A stretch of DNA of 63,925 nucleotides, counting the filler, from Octopus bimaculoides (taxonomy: Eukaryota), in the NCBI RefSeq assembly GCF_001194135.2. It is 10 parts of 9 records of this genome, joined end to end, with 100 filler letters (N's around TTAATTAATTAA, not from the genome) between each part and the next. Parts side by side here need not be neighbours in the genome. Positions count along the whole stretch, not along the records: positions 8,126 to 12,758 come from NC_068994.1; positions 12,859 to 22,869 come from NW_026416671.1; positions 22,970 to 33,331 come from NC_068994.1; 7 more parts are not named here. One strand, 5' to 3'. Made by a program: the position numbers and the translations under genes. Each line of letters opens with the position of its first letter. Positions within the stretch are counted from its first letter, which is position 1. Under the pieces are notes generated by a model. The model worked only from the letters and a program-made list of their open reading frames with translations. It searched no databases and was not told where the DNA came from. Below, one piece after another: positions 11,310 through 23,822 of this stretch.

Positions 11310-11603
11310 GCATCACCATCATCATCATCAGCATCATCATCATCATCATCATAACCATCATTGTTGTCGTTGACGCTGTCGTCGTCGTCGTCGTCGTCAT
11401 CATCATCCTCGTTAAGATCATCCCCTACGATAACACTACTAGGCACCGCACACATCCTACGTAAAACATTTTCAATACAGTAAAAATATGAGAATCACAA
11501 CAAACCACAACACATACCCGAGGCACATAGAGCTGCGCTCAGTAGTGCAGTAAAATGACGTGATAAAAATAAGACTACTGAATAATAATAATAATAATAA
11601 TAA

Positions 11604-11694
<91 letters not shown>

Positions 11695-11898
11695 NNNNNN
11701 NNNNNNNNNNNNNNNNNNNNNNNNNNNNNNNNNNNNNNNNNNNNNNNNNNNNNNNNNNNNNNNNNNNNNNNNNNNNNNNNNNNNNNNNNNNNNNNNNNNN
11801 NNNNNNNNNNNNNNNNNNNNNNNNNNNNNNNNNNNNNNNNNNNNNNNNNNNNNNNNNNNNNNNNNNNNNNNNNNNNNNNNNNNNNNNNNNNNNNNNNN

Positions 11899-11948
<50 letters not shown>

Positions 11949-14929
11949 GCCTATCTCTGAAAGCCGTTAAAAATGTTGAGATAGTATATTAAAATTTTAT
12001 ATTTGCTTCGAAACAAGTGACATTAGAAGCTCTGGAAAATGTTAGAAAATGGAATTATACACAACAAAACAGCAACAACAATAAAGATAACGTCAACAAG
12101 AAAAATAAAATGAAATAAAAACGAATAGATAAACAAACTGAGATAGAAGAAAGGAAATAAAAAGAAGAGCGCAAGTAATTTAATAGAAAGTCATCGAAGG
12201 ATAAATCACAAGATGGTGGAAACATTTCACTGAAATCTGAAAGCTTAGACGTTTAAAGTTGTTATTCCGCTTCCATCGTAGCAAATAATTCAATCTTATG
12301 GACAAGTGGAAACTGTACAAAGAGCAGCTTATTACTGCATAGTTAATCACAACTTCGTCTTGTAAAATATATATTATATTTTGATAGGCTGTCAAATGAA
12401 AGAAACAGACGACAGTAGTTTTCTCCGCCAGATCGAGGCAGTTAAATGTCGCCTGGACACGAGAATCTCACGAAACAACCAGGAATTATCTGGCTATTTA
12501 TCTTACTCTAATTGACCCATTATTTCTGTTTTCCCATGTAAAAGCAATGCAAAATGTTGCCGAAATTTTGCTTTTATTTTTTAATATTTATATATCCACG
12601 GATGTGAATTTTTTTTTCTCTCTCTCTTTTACTCGTCTCCATATTTTCGAGATGTTTGGAGAGAAATCTTATAGAAGAATACAGAAATCCTATCATCATG
12701 TTGTCTTTACAAACCACAAGAATTATTCACGATTGGAAGGAAAAACCAGTCATTAGTTNNNNNNNNNNNNNNNNNNNNNNNNNNNNNNNNNNNNNNNNNN
12801 NNTTAATTAATTAANNNNNNNNNNNNNNNNNNNNNNNNNNNNNNNNNNNNNNNNNNNNTATTTACATTTCCATGCGCAAACACGTGTTATCAGGTCTACT
12901 TTCAATGCGCACACACGCAAACAATACTATTACCCAGCATTAAACTTCTCTACCAATAAATTTGCGAGAGTTAACGAGTGTGATAAATCACTGAATAAAT
13001 GCTATGTGGAAATTCGTACACCATTTTATGACAGTTTCATCTATGCACAAAGTTAATCTTTGGTACGTTCGTAATGATGCCCAATTGAGAAGCATCGCTA
13101 AACAATAATATCAAACGTTATAGGAGTAAGGTTTATGTAAGCACACACCGTTACTAAAATACAACATAGTTTGTGTTAATGTCTCACCTCTCTTTGTTCT
13201 CCTGTCTCTTATAGGTGTCCTTTTAGTTCGTTCTTGTTGACCTCCTTCCAACGAAAAATAATCCCAAAATTTAGTATGATCAACTATCATATACTTGTTG
13301 ATTACAACTTTATTGCTTTCGTACACTCCAAATATTTAAACCTAGTAATGTACATCCGTTTATCAATCTAACTAGCTATCACTCTGCCCAGACCCTTATC
13401 CAAGTAAACATACATCTATCTACATGTATATATGCCAATATATTAATGCACATATATATACACAAGTGAAAACATATGCACTTAGACATTTAAATATATT
13501 TATACACTACATATGCATTTATACTGGCAATATATACATACATATATAAGGATAAACATGCATGAACATACAACTATATACATATTCATTATATCTGTAT
13601 GTTTTATACGTATCCATGTATACATACAGTCAACAAACGTATATAACATGATAGTTGTAGGATGAAATTTGTCTCATGACAATAACGTATTAGATCACAT
13701 TTTTCAGAGTGTTAATCAATTCCCAAATCAACACATGTATGAAGCTTTACACAATAACATAAAAAATCAATACGACGCACACTTCTGTAAGTTTTAGGTA
13801 AATTGAGATGATTCGGAGTAATATCCATTAATTAAAATTCTATGAATGAAATGTTAGTTTCCCTTCAAAACTATGCAAAGAATAATGTATATTATATAAG
13901 CAATGGAAAAAAAAAATGAAGCGCAACCTCATCCATAAAGCTTTCTTTTTTTGTTATTAAATACATACCGAAACATACGAATGTAGATATTTTCTAAATT
14001 AATGAGCAAATTACTACACATCCTTGCAAATAACTTTCTATAATATCTGGCCATTCTAGAAGCTTTCATTCGCTAAAGTATGTTAGATTCCAAAGCGCGA
14101 TTTAAAATATTATTGAAACAATTATAATTACTGCTAGTGTAGTAAATACATATTAGGGGACAATACAGGGAAATGTTTTGCATATCTTGAGGTTTAGATG
14201 AAACAAGATCATAGACTGAATATCAAATGGATAAAGAATAAGATGATTGTAAGAAAAAGTAGGAAATGGACAGCCAGTTGACAGCATTAGTATGTTAACT
14301 ACATTATTTTAAGGAAGACAGTGTATTCCAAATTCTCTTGTAATACATACTGATATTAGTAGTGCGAATTCTAGAGGAAACTTATCACAACCTACAAGAC
14401 ATGTTATTTACTTGTTGCTACTTCAATCTGCTTAACACAGCAACATCAGACGTACAAAAGTTTTACTTGTAACNNNNNNNNNNNNNNNNNNNNNNNNNNN
14501 NNNNNNNNNNNNNNNNNNNNNNNNNNNNNNNNNNNNNNNNNNNNNNNNNNNNNNNNNNNNNNNNNNNNNNNNNNNNNNNNNNNNNNNNNNNNNNNNNNNN
14601 NNNNNNNNNNNNNNNNNNNNNNNNNNNNNNNNNNNNNNNNNNNNNNNNNNNNNNNNNNNNNNNNNNNNNNNNNNNNNNNNNNNNNNNNNNNNNNNNNNNN
14701 NNNNNNNNNNNNNNNNNNNNNNNNNNNNNNNNNNNNNNNNNNNNNNNNNNNNNNNNNNNNNNNNNNNNNNNNNNNNNNNNNNNNNNNNNNNNNNNNNNNN
14801 NNNNNNNNNNNNNNNNNNNNNNNNNNNNNNNNNNNNNNNNNNNNNNNNNNNNNNNNNNNNNNNNNNNNNNNNNNNNNNNNNNNNNNNNNNNNNNNNNNNN
14901 NNNNNNNNNNNNNNNNNNNNNNNNNNNNN

Positions 14930-15255
14930 GGATGGCCTGTCACCGTTCTCTGTCGTGAACATTACTGTCCGCATGGTGTTAAGCCCGCCGTAAGTGTTTG
15001 TACTGCCGTAGACATATGGAATTTGGAGAACTGCATCGATTACTTCTTGCTTTGTTTGGAAAGCATTCAAATGGAATTGGATTTTCACGTCTGAACTGTA
15101 AAGGACTGCACCGATTCGAACATTGCCATTGTCAATGGAAGCAGCAGACACAAAATCAACAATGAAATTAAGCATTTTCTGGAAGTTTTCTTTTTGGACA
15201 CTAGTTGATGAGTCCAAAATGAAGATGATGTCAGATTCTACAGCGCCACATTCAC
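14930..15255 (-). CDS. vWA-domain exon (collagen VI/XII- or matrilin-like secreted protein), copy 1; 3' part lies in the N gap
   Basis: ttctgcag acceptor. Open frame (G)ECGAVESDIIFILDSSTSVQKENFQKMLNFIVDFV...VRIGAVLYSSDVKIQFHLN...GSTNTYGGL...ENGDRP contains the MIDAS DxSxS motif and typical vWA strands. Confidence 0.92.
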
Positions 15256-15913
15256 CTGCAGAACATTAGGATAACTTATCACTTATCGAATAATCCACTG
15301 CTAGCACATAAATCTACATTTCTATTCCGAAACTCTCTCAACGAAGCCACACAACAACTTTACACCATATTTATTTCATATGGCTATGTAAAAAAATCAA
15401 ACATGGCAAACAGTTTCCTCTCCCCTATCTGAAAACTCGTATAGAACGAAGTTTTGAGAATTTCAAACAATATATGACAGGAAGAAGCAGAACAACAACA
15501 AAGTACTTTCACTTTAGAAAACACAACTTTTAAACTAGTAGCAATAACTCCAGGGTAAATAATATTCCATGATGACAAAACAAAAACAAAATACACACAA
15601 TATAAATGATGAATGGAACAGGAATATTTTATACAGCAACAAACTTCCAAACGTTCACTTCGAAAGTCCAAACTAGTCAACTTGCACAAAACGAAAACAA
15701 AATACAAGAAACACGAAAAACGCATATGGCAAAAAGAAAAAGCTAAGAATCTATACATATATAGACAACAGCATAGAATTTTGCTGATAATCAACAGAAT
15801 TCATCTCGATGATGACACTCTCTCACACGTAAACGTGGACACATAACAAAATCAAGTGCTCATATACAACACTGTATTAACGAAGAAGATGTGGAGCAGT
15901 ACAAGAGCCTTAC

Positions 15914-15961
15914 CCTTTGTTGGTAGTGTAATGGCAGGTGCTGGAGTTTTCTCCACAGCTG
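15914..15961 (-). CDS. 3' end of a Pro/Thr-rich linker exon (..AVEKTPAPAITLPTK-G) upstream of vWA copy 1
   Basis: aagg|gtaagg donor in phase 1, which matches the phase-1 acceptor at 15255. The 5' part is hidden in the gap. Confidence 0.6.
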
Positions 15962-17211
15962 NNNNNNNNNNNNNNNNNNNNNNNNNNNNNNNNNNNNNNN
16001 NNNNNNNNNNNNNNNNNNNNNNNNNNNNNNNNNNNNNNNNNNNNNNNNNNNNNNNNNNNNNNNNNNNNNNNNNNNNNNNNNNNNNNNNNNNNNNNNNNNN
16101 NNNNNNNNNNNNNNNNNNNNNNNNNNNNNNNNNNNNNNNNNNNNNNNNNNNNNNNNNNNNNNNNNNNNNNNNNNNNNNNNNNNNNNNNNNNNNNNNNNNN
16201 NNNNNNNNNNNNNNNNNNNNNNNNNNNNNNNNNNNNNNNNNNNNNNNNNNNNNNNNNNNNNNNNNNNNNNNNNNNNNNNNNNNNNNNNNNNNNNNNNNNN
16301 NNNNNNNNNNNNNNNNNNNNNNNNNNNNNNNNNNNNNNNNNNNNNNNNNNNNNNNNNNNNNNNNNNNNNNNNNNNNNNNNNNNNNNNNNNNNNNNNNNNN
16401 NNNNNNNNNNNNNNNNNNNNNNNNNNNNNNNNNNNNNNNNNNNNNNNNNNNNNNNNNNNNNNNNNNNNNNNNNNNNNNNNNNNNNNNNNNNNNNNNNNNN
16501 NNNNNNNNNNNNNNNNNNNNNNNNNNNNNNNNNNNNNNNNNNNNNNNNNNNNNNNNNNNNNNNNNNNNNNNNNNNNNNNNNNNNATATATATATATATAT
16601 ATATATATACAAGTGAAAGTGTATATACTTACACATTTGAAGATACTTATACTCTACATATTCATTTTTACTGCCAATATGTATATGCATATATAGTTGA
16701 AATTTACAGAAAAACAAAAGATGAAGAAACGTGTATAAGCAAGAAGGTGTATTATTTTGACGCTCGGGAAGGTGGCAAAGTCTTTTACATGAAGAACAAC
16801 AAAGTACTTTTACTTTATTCTCTTCAGAAAACACCACCTTCAATCCTGTAGCAACAATTCCACGGAAAATCATATTCCATATTGACAGAAAAACAGTAAA
16901 ATCACACTACATATATGAAGAATTTGCAGGGATGCAACATTGAACAAGTATAATATTCACTCCGAGAAACTTTCAAATGTTCATTTCAAAGGTCCAAAGC
17001 AGACAACTTGCGTGAAATGCAAAGAAAATATGAGAAATACGCAAAACGTATATAGCAAAGGCATAACGATAAAAATTTATACATATATAGACAATAGTAA
17101 TGAATTTTGCTGATAATCAATATAATTCACTTCGATGATGGAACCTTCTTGTATGTAAATGTGTACACCCTTCAACAACTTGCACACATATATATCTGCA
17201 TCATTGTATCA

Positions 17212-17749
17212 ACGTACCATGGTTTCACCTGTTAAAACTACATAAGTAAATATCTGCAGGATCATTAGCATAGTCTGTCGATTTAAAATATAATTTCCAG
17301 AACTAGACACACGACATCCACCCGAAAGGAAGCACGTGTAGAGTTCTACAAATTACATTCAGTGTATCTTTTCAAATGTCTTCAATCTGGCGCGCTAAGT
17401 CCTTCTGCTATTAATAAATTTTTGCAGCTAATTTACCGGTTTGAGAATATCTATTCTCAAACCGGTAAATTAACTGCAAAAATTTACCGGTTTGAGAATA
17501 GATATTCTCAAACCAGTAAATTAGCTGCAAAAATTTATTAACTGCAGAATTATTTCCGGACTTAGCGCACCAGATTGAAGGCATTTGAAAAGATACACTG
17601 AATGTAATTTGTAGAACTCTACACGTGCTTCCTTTCGGGTGGACGTCGTGCGTCTAGTTCTGGAAATTATATTTTAAATCGACAGACTACGCTAATGATC
17701 CTGCAGATATTTATTTATGTAAATTTTAACAGGTGAAACCATGGTACGT
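17212..17749. mobile_element. Foldback/MITE-like palindrome with about 215-bp arms and two 42-nt apical hairpins
   Basis: acgtaccatggtttcacctgttaaaa... / ...ttttaacaggtgaaaccatggtacgt arms. Hairpins at 17430-17471 and 17481-17522. Possible TA target duplication at 17215-16 and 17745-46. Confidence 0.85.
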
Positions 17750-18483
17750 AGGTTAATCGTTTTTTTTATTTAGTATTTTTTCATTTGTCTTGCCCTTTTA
17801 CAGTCTGTTGTGTCGCTGAATTTTTACTGAGAACATTTTTTTCGTGGTTAGATGATTCGGCATCTATTTCTAGCATATAGGAGTCCACTTTTGCTGGTCA
17901 TTTCTCTTATTTTTGTATGTAATATAATTTTAACCTTCGGATTTTTTTAATATGCTAGACCACTGGTTTTAATTGATTAATATCAATCTCTACCCTCATT
18001 AATAAATTTATATCTCTATATAAATAGACATTTATCTATCTAGATACATATACCTCTATATATCAATGCATATATGCACATATGAAAACATATGTACGTA
18101 CACACGTAAATATATTTATGCATAAATATGCATTTACATTGCCAATACATATATTTGGTTAAGGAATAATTCATGAGCATTTTATTTCAAATTTTAAAAT
18201 GAATGCAGAAAAAAAATGTATTGGCAAAATGTTTCATGTTATTTAAAAGGGAAGTTTTATTCCTCTACAAGACAGTGTTAGCTTCTTTTCAAAAGTATGC
18301 AAGGAATAACATACATTAGATAAGTGGAAATTGGTAAGATTTCATCTTTAACTTTAATGAATGTCATAAGCAGTGTATGCAGATAACAGTAGAATCCAAA
18401 ATTATTTCAAAGCATATAACGTAAATAAATCAAATGGATCCTAATCCATTTAAATTTTCTATTATTATTACTAGATATGCATA

Positions 18484-19505
18484 TGATGCTATGTCTTTTC
18501 ATCCAGCGTCACTTTGTCAAATGTCTTTTCATCCACATCTTTTGTTCTGATGTCTTTTTGTCGGATGATTTTTTTTGTCCAATGACTTTCTGTTCAATTT
18601 TAAATAGACACTTTATTAAACAAGGTAAACTATCTCTAATGATATATTTATAGAACTATAATAAGTTTTATTATAGGATTATTACCATTTTTTTTCCTTC
18701 TCTGTTAACAGTTTTACGTTTTACTTTCTTTTTTTTCCTTCTCTCTCTTAAATATGGTGCTGTGTATAGAAAGTGCTGCAAATTTAGTGTACACATTTTT
18801 AATTTACCTATCCCAAAATGATAAAGTCCATAGTATTGACCAAAAACAAAAGAAAAATAGTTGATGAAAGTAATTACATCTACAATTTTCATTGAAGCAA
18901 TATAAAACTAGGAAAAGAATACTGGGTAAGTGAGAAAAGAAGGTTGTGTTCAGTATGAATTCACACGGTAACGGAAAACAATGAGCCAAAAATTATTTTT
19001 TATTCTAGTGAGCACCTTCATCCAGCTGATGTAGATTCATTAAATGCTAGAAAAGCTCTGAAGGAAGAGGAAGGGTTTGTTCAAGGTAAAATGACCCAAA
19101 TTTGAGGAGATCCGTCAAATTCATGTACACAATATTGAAGAATAACTGAATGCCTCAAAAGATCTGTCACTGAATATGGGTCAACAAGAAAAATTGATTT
19201 TTTGAAGAGTGTGGCATATAATTTGCATCAATTTTAAGTGATCATAGATCATTAGTTATACTTTATTACTTTTTTAAAGTGACTTTTTTCAAATACATTT
19301 TTCCACATTATTTTACTTGGATCCTACCAATCAAATTCTCAATGATTATTTGATTTTGATATTCAACTTGTTTTCTAAAGAGTTTATTTAAAATTCGACA
19401 GAAAGTCATTGCACAAAAAAAATCATCAGACAAAAAGACATCAAACCAAAAGACGTTGATGAAGTGATGTTGGAGAAAGTGACATCAGATGAAAAGTCGG
19501 GTCAT
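18484..19505 (+). mobile_element. MULE (Mutator-like) DNA transposon, internal deletion derivative
   Basis: About 125-bp degenerate TIRs with subrepeats (18484-18610 vs 19380-19505). Frame 18818-19237 has in-frame stops, FLYWCH-like N-terminus (YIYNFH..EYWV-EKRRLCSV*IHT..EHLHP) fused to a MULE-type C-terminus (VTEYGSTRKIDFLKSVAYNL). Confidence 0.8.
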
Positions 19506-20275
19506 GATACACATGTATACAAATGTAGACAATAAATTAACAAACATATTACTATAGACTCTTGAGAACAGATTTTGTAATTTATCAGGATGTTCTAGAA
19601 ACTTTCATCCAAGTATCTATTCAAAGCATGATTATAAACATTGCTGAAAATATTGTATTATTGACAGAGTAGTTAATACAACTTAGGGAAGAATAAAGGG
19701 CAATATTATGTATATCATGTGATTTAGATGTAGTAAGAACATAGCTGGAATATCAAGCGTATAAGGAATGAAATTATTCAGAAAGAGAGAAGCAAATGGA
19801 CGGCCTGATGATGGCATTAGTACATTGACTGCATTATTTCAAGAAAGACACAGCAACATGTAACTTATCTTGTAATATATACATATATTAGTAGGGGATA
19901 TTCTACAGGAAACTTACTACCTGATTATCACCATCTACAAAACACGTAATTTATTTTCATTCTGCTTAACACAGCAACATCAGATGTAGAAAAGATTTCC
20001 TCGCATGGATGTTGAATATTAGAAATGAGCATATAGAAGAGAAAGCAGCGAAATGTATGGATTGAAATAAAACGGGCATTGAGTGAGATTGTTAGGGCTG
20101 TTAGCAGCATCAAGTGTAAATACTCGTATAAAACATTAACTGAAAGTCAAACTTGAAAGTAACACAGAACAAGATGTTGTTAAATGTATATCTGTAGAAT
20201 AGCTGTAATTATATTTTTGATTAGTAATGCTTTAAAATACAACATCGTTTTGTAATCACATGCTAATTGCTATAC

Positions 20276-20824
20276 CTGGGCAATATTGTCAAATATTCTT
20301 TCTTTCAGATTCAATAACCTGTTGAAGTCGGTTACAATAAACATGTTTTCATCAACAGGTAACGAGGAAATCTGTAGTGTCACTTAGACCAATACCAATA
20401 GCATATATGTGGATGCCATCCTCTTTGGCGTTCACAGCTTTTTGGAATAGTGACATAAGCATTGACATTTGATACACCGTCGGTAAGCAGTATGGCAATA
20501 TTGGGAACGGATAGCCTGTCACCTTTCTCTGTCATGAACATTACTGTCCGCATGGTTTTAAGTCCACCGTAAGTGTTTGTACTGCCATAAACATATGGAA
20601 TTTGGAGAACTGCACTGATTACTCCTTGCTTTGTTTGGAAAACATTCAAATGGAATTGGATTTTCACATCTGAACTGTACCGATTCGAACATTGCCATTG
20701 TCAATGGAAGCAGCAGACACAAATTCAATAATGAAATTTAACATTTTCTGAAAATTTTCTGCTTGAACACTAATTGATGAGTCCAAAATGAAGATGAAGA
20801 CAGATTCTGTACTGCCACAATCAC
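20276..20824 (-). pseudogene. Frameshifted paralogous vWA exon (copy 2)
   Basis: Splice sites intact (ttctccag / gtatag) and high similarity to copy 1. It has a 10-nt deletion (aaggactgca missing near 20680) giving TGA at 20664-20666, a +1 A in ccaaaaagct, and a further frameshift near 20370. DSSIS, TNT and LLTDG motifs are still visible. Confidence 0.85.
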
Positions 20825-21289
20825 CTGGAGAATATTAGGATAACTTATCACACATTGAATAATCCACTGCTAGCACATAAATCTACAATTCTATTCCAAA
20901 ATTGTCTCAATAGCACAACACAATAATTTTATGCCATTTGTACATTATATGGGAAAAAAAAAAGAAGACTCCTAAGAAAACACGAACACAGAATAATAAA
21001 CACATCACTGCAGCACAACTATTTGTAAAGTAGCACACAACAAAATATCTAAAAATAATACAATTCATGAAAGTAAGATTGAAAACGTTTAAACAGATAA
21101 GTGAACATTTCAATGAACTTTTGTTTAATTTAGTCCATAAGTCATACCAAGCCACAATTAGCAATAATTGTTTGGAAAACAATATTTCATATTTTTTATA
21201 CTATGTGAGAATACAGACAATATATTAATAGTTGACAAGTTGGAAATACAGTAAAAAACTTACTTTCACTGTAGTAATTTGTGTTGGAG

Positions 21290-21670
21290 ATATAATGGAC
21301 AACATAGGAGAAATACCTGGGCAAATCAATCTTACTTCAGAGTTACTACAAAAATTATCCTTATGGTCCTTTAAAACAATTCTCGGTCTTTTATCATCCA
21401 ATTTGTAATTTTCCATAATTTGTTTAGAAATTAAGTTTGTAGTTCTTAATATACTCTTTTAGAGATTTTATAGCTTTTAATAATTTCTTTTTTCAAAAGC
21501 TCATAGTAGTAGTTTATGTCCAGATTATACAAATTTCTCATCTAAGTGAACAATTACTCCTCTTTTATTTCTAAGTTCTGATACGATGCATTTCAGTATC
21601 TTCAAGTGTCCATTACCTCTAAGGGAATATTTTTTTAATTTCACATTTCTAATAATCTTCCATAATTCAC
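21290..21670 (-). mobile_element. Penelope-like element (PLE) reverse transcriptase remnant
   Basis: RNLYNLDINYYYELLKKEIIKSYK...IVLKDHKDNFCSNSEVRLICP resembles the PLE motif 'NLYKL...ITLKDHKxNF...RLINP'. Frameshifted. Confidence 0.75.
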
Positions 21671-21821
21671 CCTAAAAACTGGCACATTGTCTTAAATAAT
21701 CCAATTATAAATTGGTCCTTTTCTTCAGTTATGCTACCTATAGGTGTATGATATTTTTTATCATAATGGTAAGCCTTCCATCTAAGTCTATATACACATG
21801 CATACACACATACACACACAC

Positions 21822-21873
<52 letters not shown>

Positions 21874-22489
21874 NNNNNNNNNNNNNNNNNNNNNNNNNNN
21901 NNNNNNNNNNNNNNNNNNNNNNNNNNNNNNNNNNNNNNNNNNNNNNNNNNNNNNNNNNNNNNNNNNNNNNNNNNNNNNNNNNNNNNNNNNNNNNNNNNNN
22001 NNNNNNNNNNNNNNNNNNNNNNNNNNNNNNNNNNNNNNNNNNNNNNNNNNNNNNNNNNNNNNNNNNNNNNNNNNNNNNNNNNNNNNNNNNNNNNNNNNNN
22101 NNNNNNNNNNNNNNNNNNNNNNNNNNNNNNNNNNNNNNNNNNNNNNNNNNNNNNNNNNNNNNNNNNNNNNNNNNNNNNNNNNNNNNNNNNNNNNNNNNNN
22201 NNNNNNNNNNNNNNNNNNNNNNNNNNNNNNNNNNNNNNNNNNNNNNNNNNNNNNNNNNNNNNNNNNNNNNNNNNNNNNNNNNNNNNNNNNNNNNNNNNNN
22301 NNNNNNNNNNNNNNNNNNNNNNNNNNNNNNNNNNNATATATATATATATATATATATACACGGCACATAAGAAAGTGGAGAGGATACAAAATTGACAGAC
22401 ATCAGCTGGTAAAAACATTCTAGTATGTCTATTTATTCCAGTGTATTAAATGAATACATACACATTTATTCATGTACAGAATATCAAAT

Positions 22490-22870
22490 AGAAGACCTAG
22501 TGAGGCAAGTGTAAACAAACCAAAATCGCTGACGTGGCCGATGACAGTACCGCCTGATTGGCACTCATGCCAGTGAAACGTTAAAATCACATCCAAGCGT
22601 GATCATTGCCAGGGACATGGATTGGCTCCTGTGACAGTGACACATGAAAAGCATCATTCAAGCATCATCGTTGCCAGCATCGCCTTACTGACACATGTGC
22701 CGGTGGCACGTGAAAGACAACATTCGAGCATGGTTGTTGCCAGTGCTGCCAGACTGGCTCCCGTGCAGGTAGCATGTAAAAACACATTTTGAGCAAGAGT
22801 GTGGTCGTTGCCAGCACCACCTGTGCTGGTGGTACGTAAAAAGCACCCACTACACTCTCGGAGTGGTTGN
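22490..22870 (+). mobile_element. Family A element body with internal tandem subrepeats; a similar partial copy lies at 59250-59409
   Basis: Repeated gttgccag..ctggctcc..gtg..ggcacgtaaaa units ending aagcacccactacactctcggagtggttg at a gap. Confidence 0.7.
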
Positions 22871-22969
22871 NNNNNNNNNNNNNNNNNNNNNNNNNNNNNN
22901 NNNNNNNNNNNNNTTAATTAATTAANNNNNNNNNNNNNNNNNNNNNNNNNNNNNNNNNNNNNNNNNNNN

Positions 22970-23310
22970 AGGTATTTCTCCTGCAGCTGTCTTACTAGAA
23001 ATAAGGCATCAGTAGTGCTTTTACCTGGCACGAACCCAAACTGCATCTCATCTAAATTGATTCGCTCCCTAATTAGTTGGGTTATGACCCTCTCTGTAAC
23101 TTTCATAACCTGATCTAACAGCTTGATGCCTCTGTAATTATTTGTATCTAAAGCATCACCTTTACCTTTGTAGCAGTTGACTATGATGCTGCTACACCAG
23201 TCATTGGGTATGACTCCTTCGTGTATCACCTGGTTCGTAATACGGGTGACTAGGCTATAGCCAACACTGCCAGATATTTTGAGCATCTCTGTAGTGATTC
23301 CTGATGGGAT
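22970..23310 (-). mobile_element. RTE-clade LINE RT fragment
   Basis: PSGITTEMLK...IPNDWCSSIIVNCYKGKGDALDTNNYRGIKLL...EMQFGFVPGKSTTDALFLVRQLQEKY covers RT domains 0-2. Truncated by a gap. Confidence 0.93.
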
Positions 23311-23590
23311 GATGATGAATATTGATTTCTCACATAGGCACAAGGCCAAAAGCACACAGAACTGAGTTAATCCCAGTATAAGGTAGATGAAATTTTATCA
23401 AACCTGGCTAGACAAATGGTGCAGCCACCCATAACTGAATATGAAGCTGTAGTGTCAAGGGATGAAACTAAATACTATAAATTATTTGGATCAACTCAGA
23501 AGTGTTTCTGCCATTTCATTGGCCTTGACAAAGGATATTAAAAGAGCTAACAAATTATTCTCAAGCCAGTAGAAATCATAAAATGCCTAG

Positions 23591-23822
23591 ATTAACCATT
23601 TAGCATTTAAACAGGCCATATCCAACCAAAACGTTCTACCTGTTTTTTATTTTCAAACTGGCCAGCTCTGGCCTCTCACACTTACCATACAATATTATTC
23701 TAAAAATAAACAATCATGTAATTGAAATCTCAAAGCTACAAAGTAATGCATGATTAATTCAAATCAACGTGAATAAATAAGCATTACATTTGTTACAGAA
23801 ATCTGAATGCTAAAGGATTGAA
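23591..23822 (+). mobile_element. About 230-bp piggyBac-type MITE (TTAA ends)
   Basis: ttaaccatttagcatt...aatgctaaaggattgaa termini. Homologues at 26944-27164(-), 31907-32116(-) and a partial copy at about 24428-24500. Confidence 0.7.

Larger units (their letters stand above)
13300..21000. repeat. Tandem segmental duplication of the vWA unit (A about 13300-15900, partial B about 16790-17210, C about 17900-21000)
   Basis: Intron homologies by eye: 14150-14470 vs 19680-20000; 13330-13560 vs 17930-18170; 15260-15400 vs 20830-20960; 15480-15870 vs 16790-17210. Confidence 0.85.

Noticed and set aside
13184-13240. Possible 57-nt phase 1-1 exon on the - strand downstream of vWA copy 1
   Set aside because: The acceptor is weak (ggaag) and the peptide is unrecognisable; the signal is insufficient.
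19009-19085. Apparent next SANBR exon with good splice sites and matching phase
   Set aside because: It lies in frame within the MULE FLYWCH remnant and shows no similarity to recalled SANBR. Kept only as a low-probability exonisation hypothesis.
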